From: Rubripirellula sp.
Lineage (GTDB): Bacteria; Planctomycetota; Planctomycetia; Pirellulales; Pirellulaceae
Length of the DNA stretch: 64,000 bases
Direction of reading: 5' to 3'
Assembly (NCBI GenBank): GCA_965216875.1
Contig: OZ244207.1
Location: forward strand, 672,001-736,000
The position numbers and the translations under genes were made by a program. Under the pieces are notes generated by a model. It was not told the origin of the DNA and made no database searches. It saw only the letters and a program-made list of their open reading frames with translations. Positions within the stretch are counted from its first letter, which is position 1. Each line of letters opens with the position of its first letter. Shown one piece after another: positions 59,011 through 64,000 of the stretch.

Positions 59011-60264
59011 ATGATTAGCCGTTGGATCATTGCGGCGCTGGTCGGCTGGTTTCTCAATCCTGTTTTCGGGCAGCCAGCGATTGGGCAGGATGAGGACGCG
59101 CGGGACCGGCCCGAACCGATCGAAGTTGTCATTCCGGCCGACAAGGGACGCGTCGTCTGGAAGGACGTTGCGGGCGCGGTTGCCGATACGCTTTCGCTTG
59201 ATGTGGCGACGGCCGAAAAGATCTTTCCGCGCGGGAGCATGAACCTGAATTCAGAACTCGTCGCTGTGACGATGCGTGGCATCAACTTCGCCGCTCGCGA
59301 CAAAGTGCTCTTGGATGTGGTTCGCGACGAAGACGATCAACCCGCGATTCGAGTTCGCTTCAACCGTAAGTCGCTTGACCATCAACAAGCGACCGAAGCT
59401 TCCATCGAATTGGATCGCCATTGGCATCGCAAGGTCAAAGACCGACCATTGGTGATCTGTATTCATGGATTGAAAAGTCATCCCGGGATCTTTGATCCCA
59501 TGCGCGAGTATCTTGGCGAGCGTGGTTATGCGACCGCCGCAGTGGCCTATGATGACCAACAGGCCATTGCCGATTCAGCGAAACAGGTATCCGAAGTTGT
59601 CGACCAAGCGGTCGCAGCTGCGGTCGCCAAGCACGGGATTGATCCGCCCGAGATCACCATCATCGGTCATTCCATGGGCGGGCTGGTCGGTCGCGAGTGG
59701 ACGGAAAACGATGCAATCACTTCTTCGGCGATCACCCAGCTGATCACCATCGCAACGCCACATCGTGGATCGGCCTTGGCGAGCTTGCCTGCGCTTTCGG
59801 ATTTGGTCACGCGAGGCGACTTCAACTTGAAAGATGTCGTTGCCGTGATCATGCACGAGCCTTCGTCCGACTCGATGCGCGACCTGATCCCCGAATCCGA
59901 TTTCTTGAAAACACTGAACGCGCGGCCGCGGCGCGCCCACGTTCGTTACACGACGATCGTTGGAACTGGCAGTCCGGTGAACTCAATCGCCGCAACACGT
60001 TTTGGGAACTTGTTGCAAAAATTCGACCGGCGTAGCGAAGTCTTCCACCTTTTTCGCCCCAGGATTGAACCGTTGCTGGGAGACCTGGATGAGATCCGGC
60101 AAGGGAAGGGGGATGGTGTTGTGGCAGTAAAGAATGCAACCATCGAAGGTGTGGACGATGTGGTGCGGTTCAAGCTTTCGCATATTGAATTGGTTCGCCG
60201 CGTCTCTCATCGAAAAGTCGAACCTGTCTACCGAGCGATCCACTCCAGGCTTTTGGCGCCGTAG
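59011..60264 (+). CDS. Secreted alpha/beta-hydrolase (lipase/esterase family)
   Basis: Signal peptide, IHGL, GHSMGG, IATPHRGS, GDGVV, C-terminal His. Confidence 0.88.
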   Translation: MISRWIIAALVGWFLNPVFGQPAIGQDEDARDRPEPIEVVIPADKGRVVWKDVAGAVADTLSLDVATAEKIFPRGSMNLNSELVAVTMRGINFAARDKVLLDVVRDEDDQPAIRVRFNRKSLDHQQATEASIELDRHWHRKVKDRPLVICIHGLKSHPGIFDPMREYLGERGYATAAVAYDDQQAIADSAKQVSEVVDQAVAAAVAKHGIDPPEITIIGHSMGGLVGREWTENDAITSSAITQLITIATPHRGSALASLPALSDLVTRGDFNLKDVVAVIMHEPSSDSMRDLIPESDFLKTLNARPRRAHVRYTTIVGTGSPVNSIAATRFGNLLQKFDRRSEVFHLFRPRIEPLLGDLDEIRQGKGDGVVAVKNATIEGVDDVVRFKLSHIELVRRVSHRKVEPVYRAIHSRLLAP

Positions 60265-60278
60265 CGTTCTTTAGTTCG

Positions 60279-60365
60279 TGCCGGATCCGCGTCGCTGTCG
60301 CTCCTTGATCCGGCCTACGATGATCCGGCCTACGATGATCCGGCCTACGATGATCCGGCCTACGA
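60279..60365 (-). repeat. GTAG-type REP with four tandem copies of its terminal 15-mer
   Basis: TGCCGGATCCGCGTCGCTGTCGCTCCT then TGATCCGGCCTACGA at 60306, 60321, 60336 and 60351. Confidence 0.92.
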
Positions 60366-60386
60366 ACCTGGCCGGTCAGGCAGAGG

Positions 60387-61217
60387 CTACTGGCCGACGG
60401 CTTCGTGAATCGCTCCGCCAATTTCTTTGGGGCGATTGGTTGTGATTCCGAACGCGCCCAGGTCAGCGAAATACCTGGCGTCTTCAATTGCGTCGATAGT
60501 CCAGACATGAAACTCGTCACACCCCGATGCAGTGAGCTGGTTGATAAAGTCACGGTCGATGACTTCCCTCATCCCTTTCATCCCGACACCTTCGACGCCC
60601 GTGTCACGAACCGTTTGGCCTACCTGCTTGGCCGTTGGCTTGTAACCAATCACATTGCGTTTGAACTTGGTCAGCCAATGCACTCGTTGGTTGGGCATCG
60701 ATTCTTTGCACGCTTTGGCGGTCTCGGCGTCAAAGGTAATGATGAGGATTCGAAAGTTACCCTGGTCAAGCTGGCGCAATTGCTTAGCCAGGTAGGGAAC
60801 AATTTTGGCTTTGCTCTTGAGCTCGATTACGAAAAGTCGGTCGTCGGGCACGGTGCCGAAGACTTCCTTGAGTGTGGGGATCTTTTCGCCAGCCCACTTG
60901 GGATTCTTCCAACGACCGACGTCGAGCTTACGAAGCTCTGCGAGTGTCGACGATTCAACATCAAGCTCGCGGTCGCCGGTACGCTTGGTGTCCTTGTCGT
61001 GAATGCAGACGATTTCTTTGTCCGCGGTGAGATAAAAGTCTCCCTCGATGCCATCGGCACCCTGTTGCCAAGCAAGCTTGAATGCGGCGAGCGTGTTTTC
61101 AGGAGCATCGTGTGACGCACCGCGATGCGCGACGATTTGCTGGGCATTCGTGGTGGTACCAATTTGCATGGCCGCGGTCACGATGAAGAAAGCGAATGAA
61201 AACTGCTTTGAAAACAT
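60387..61217 (-). CDS. Glycerophosphodiester phosphodiesterase
   Basis: IVAHRGASHDAPENTLAAF, GIEGD, CIHD, IELK, VWTID, GITTNRP; signal peptide. Confidence 0.93.
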   Translation of the reverse strand: MFSKQFSFAFFIVTAAMQIGTTTNAQQIVAHRGASHDAPENTLAAFKLAWQQGADGIEGDFYLTADKEIVCIHDKDTKRTGDRELDVESSTLAELRKLDVGRWKNPKWAGEKIPTLKEVFGTVPDDRLFVIELKSKAKIVPYLAKQLRQLDQGNFRILIITFDAETAKACKESMPNQRVHWLTKFKRNVIGYKPTAKQVGQTVRDTGVEGVGMKGMREVIDRDFINQLTASGCDEFHVWTIDAIEDARYFADLGAFGITTNRPKEIGGAIHEAVGQ

Positions 61218-61440
61218 GGGTTATGCCCGAACCGAACGAGGGACCAAGTCGCGAACTGGAGGCATGATAGTCGAGCTGGCGTGCCCGAGTATCCCCGACA
61301 ACCGTTTCGACCGGTTCTTGTTGGTTCTCGACTGTGAGACCTCGCTCACTGAGCGGCAGGTTCCACGCAAAACGATCTCTTCACAAAGAAAGCCGCTGCG
61401 ATCGTGGTCGCAGCGGCTGGCATGGTTTCTTGGAGTTCGT

Positions 61441-62097
61441 TTAGCGAATCGTGAAGCTCCAACGACCGCCGATCGGGATTCGCATCTGGAAGTTCCCAAG
61501 ATCACTCCGAGACGAGGGAATCACAACGGGTTGGGGCCGAGGGCTCGGATGGTGAATGTAGGGTCGAGCGCTGGTGTAGGACCTGTACCCGTAAAGTTCG
61601 TTTTCGAGGCGAGTGATCAACGGAAAGGCTTCACGCAGAATCACTTCTCTCATGTGAACCAGCAGACGCGCGTCGCAGGGGCGTACACCGTCGAATCCTT
61701 GGTACTCAAGTTCACGATCAAGCCGTTCCAACAACACCTTGGACTCACGCACGTCGCCTTTGAGGTGGTTGATCAAAGCTTGCGATTGGTGGCAGCGGCG
61801 CGATGCGTCATGCAGTAAGTCATGCATGTGGTGTTGCAGCCGATCCAAGCGAGTCACGTAGTGCTTGACGCGATGACTGTTTCGATAGTCTTGCGAAAGT
61901 TTGCAGGCGTCTTCGTCCAGATGTCGGGCGACGATGGCAAGCCGATCGGTCAGCTGGTCAAGGACGGCGACATTGGGGCGATGGAGGTCGTGATTCCAGT
62001 AGTCGTGATGGCGGATTCGGTAGAGGTCGTTCGCTTTGACCGAGCTTGTGGTCAGGGCCAATGCGATGATCGCCATGCCTGCTGCAAGACGTGCCAT
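61441..62097 (-). CDS. Hypothetical secreted His/Arg-rich protein
   Basis: Signal peptide (AIIALALTTSSVKA), upstream GGAG, predicted helical body. Confidence 0.7.
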   Translation of the reverse strand: MARLAAGMAIIALALTTSSVKANDLYRIRHHDYWNHDLHRPNVAVLDQLTDRLAIVARHLDEDACKLSQDYRNSHRVKHYVTRLDRLQHHMHDLLHDASRRCHQSQALINHLKGDVRESKVLLERLDRELEYQGFDGVRPCDARLLVHMREVILREAFPLITRLENELYGYRSYTSARPYIHHPSPRPQPVVIPSSRSDLGNFQMRIPIGGRWSFTIR

Positions 62098-62288
62098 GGT
62101 TGTACTCCGTTTCGAGGGTCATAGAGGCGGGAACGGAGTGGAGAGAAAGGCACGCGGCGTGCCAAACGCAATTCGAGGCGTTTTTTACGCACTTTTTGGA
62201 AATGCGGCTGCAAGCAGCGCCATCAGAGCGATCACATGTGTGACATCGATGACGTCACACGACTGCCGTTTTGACTCGGAGGTTCCGC

Positions 62289-64000
62289 CTACGGCTGGCG
62301 TTCTTCGCCGCGCCATGTTTTGAGCCGGTAGCTTGTTGAGGCAAGCAGCGATCGCGTGGGATGGAATTGAACGGACCAAACTCGATAGTCGTGTCCTTTG
62401 AGGGTCGTTTTGGATTCGCCCGTTGCGACATCCCAAAGCATCACGGTTTTGTCGCCGCTGCCCGAGGCGAGCGTGCGACCGTCTGGTGAGAAAGCAAGTG
62501 ATTGGACGAGGTCCGCGTGTCCAACGAAGACCTTGATCGTCTCGTTGGTTTTCAAGTCCCACAATCGGATCAAGCGATCTTCGCCGCCCGAAGCGAGCAG
62601 GTCACCGTGGGTTGCCAAGGCCCAAATGCGATCAACGTGTCCTTCGAGGACGGCGACTTGTGATCCGGATTCGATGTCCCAAATGCGAATGGTTTTGTCG
62701 CGGCTTGACGTTGCCAATCGGCCATCTTCAAGAAAGACGGCGTTATAAACGCCGCTTTCATGCCCCAGAAGTTCTTTGTCGAGTTTGCCGGTACTTGTGT
62801 CCCAGATTCGGACGACCGAATCGTGCCCCGCGGACACGAACTGCGTTCCATCAGAAGAAAAGGTTACACACGACACGCCCCCTTTTTGTTGCCGCAGCAC
62901 CTTGGAGGATTGGTTTGTCATGTCCCAGAGTGTCACTTCGCCTTCAAGCGTTCCCGATGCAACCCATTGGTTGTCTGGTGAGATCGCGACGGAGAGGACA
63001 CGTCCGTTGTGTTTGAGTGGTTCACCCAAAGGGACGATGCTATCGGGGTCCCAGAAACGAACGGTTCGGTCATTGCTTGCGGTGACAAGCTTCTTGCCGT
63101 CTTGGGTAAAGGTTAGCCAGTTAATGGAGCCGTCGTGGAGATCGAATTCATCTTTCTCGATCAGCTGAGGCAAATCCCAAAGCACGACAGAAAAATCATT
63201 GCTGCCAGTGACGATTCGGCTTCCCTCTCCGCAGAAGGCGATGCAATTGACACTCGATGCGTGCCCAACACGTGAAGTGGATTGCCGGCCCTCGGGAAGA
63301 CTCATCACCTCAAAGAAGTGGTCAGGCCAACGGTTGAGGTCTCTCCTGGGAACACGTAACGGTTCCTGTTCGACAGTCAGATCCCATGCACGGATGGTGC
63401 GATCGTTTCCAACCGAGACAACAAAGTTGCCGCAAGGTGAATAGGCAATGTCGCGCACTCGACCGGTGTGACCTTCGAGCACTTCCTCAAGTTCGCCTTT
63501 GTCGAGGTCCCAAAGTCGAATGGTCTTGTCAGCGCTGGCGCTGGCCAATTGAGTGCCGTCGGGAGAAAAACAGACACTCCAGCATTCCAAGAGGTGTCCG
63601 TTCAACTCGTCAATCAGCTGTCCTGTGTGCGCGTCCCAAACGCGTACGCTACGGTCGAGTCCGGTCGATGCAATTCGGCTTCCGTCGTTGTTGAACGCGA
63701 CGCTGTAGACAAAGTCAATGTGGCCGCTAAAGGATTGTGCCGTCTTCGTGGCGAGGTCCCAGAGTTTGACAAGGGTATCGCTGCCGCCAGAGACGAGGGA
63801 CTTTCCGTCACGCGAATAGGCAACGGAAAAGACGGATCCCGCATGGGCTTTCCATTCGTCCAGCTTTTGGCAACTCTTTAGATCCCATAGTCGGATCATT
63901 TGGTCGAATCCGGCAGTGGCCACGGTGCTTCCGTCGGGCGATATGTCCAACGCAAACACGGTGCGGTCGTGCGCCTGGATTGTTTTGCGGCTTCCGTCGG
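62289..64000 (-). CDS. WD40 repeat protein (5' end lies beyond the window)
   Basis: More than ten GH...WD repeats (e.g. GHIDFVYSVAF...SVRVWD); the frame stays open to the window edge. Confidence 0.93.
   Translation of the reverse strand, partial: DGSRKTIQAHDRTVFALDISPDGSTVATAGFDQMIRLWDLKSCQKLDEWKAHAGSVFSVAYSRDGKSLVSGGSDTLVKLWDLATKTAQSFSGHIDFVYSVAFNNDGSRIASTGLDRSVRVWDAHTGQLIDELNGHLLECWSVCFSPDGTQLASASADKTIRLWDLDKGELEEVLEGHTGRVRDIAYSPCGNFVVSVGNDRTIRAWDLTVEQEPLRVPRRDLNRWPDHFFEVMSLPEGRQSTSRVGHASSVNCIAFCGEGSRIVTGSNDFSVVLWDLPQLIEKDEFDLHDGSINWLTFTQDGKKLVTASNDRTVRFWDPDSIVPLGEPLKHNGRVLSVAISPDNQWVASGTLEGEVTLWDMTNQSSKVLRQQKGGVSCVTFSSDGTQFVSAGHDSVVRIWDTSTGKLDKELLGHESGVYNAVFLEDGRLATSSRDKTIRIWDIESGSQVAVLEGHVDRIWALATHGDLLASGGEDRLIRLWDLKTNETIKVFVGHADLVQSLAFSPDGRTLASGSGDKTVMLWDVATGESKTTLKGHDYRVWSVQFHPTRSLLASTSYRLKTWRGEERQP

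Noticed and set aside
1..64000. tRNA, rRNA, prophage or known defence system
   Set aside because: No cloverleaf or rRNA signatures, phage structural genes, or recognisable restriction/Abi/CBASS genes were seen by eye; tRNAscan, Infernal and DefenseFinder runs would be needed to exclude them formally.

Overview
Chromosomal window from a Planctomycete, most likely Pirellulaceae (Rhodopirellula/Stieleria-like); this is inferred from DUF1592/DUF1552/PVC-type CxxCH genes, DUF4332 and NPYxxP proteins and the intergenic repeat families. It holds about 48 CDSs. At the left is a minus-strand type IV filament (T2SS/T4P-like) cluster with a response regulator, histidine kinase and STAS protein between the pilin and the ATPase. 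It is followed by nusA-infB-rbfA, an EndoIII-fold protein with a histone-H1-like tail, and yebC. Further on are a 7 x 126-bp REP-derived tandem array, a large SMC/YhaN-like protein with two DUF4332 domains, a membrane Ser/Thr kinase-receiver hybrid, acs, ilvE, fabI/fabZ-like genes, a LarA-family enzyme, a rimI-like gene, a HesA-Ubl-MoeZ sulfur-relay operon, pqiAB-like genes, a divergent NAD-dependent ligase, an orphan ter-type PRTase-TRSP gene, a DUF1592-DUF1552-cytochrome module, a lipase, a GDPD and a partial WD40 protein. Intergenic DNA carries about ten distinct REP/REPIN-like palindrome families, many starting with GTAG, in nested and tandem arrangements. No transposase, tRNA, rRNA or CRISPR array was seen. 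The best candidates for undescribed biology are the EndoIII-fold/H1-tail protein, the degenerate SMC-like DUF4332 protein, the signalling-embedded pilus cluster with its upstream motifs, and the REP system. All family assignments come from motif recognition by eye; no searches were run.
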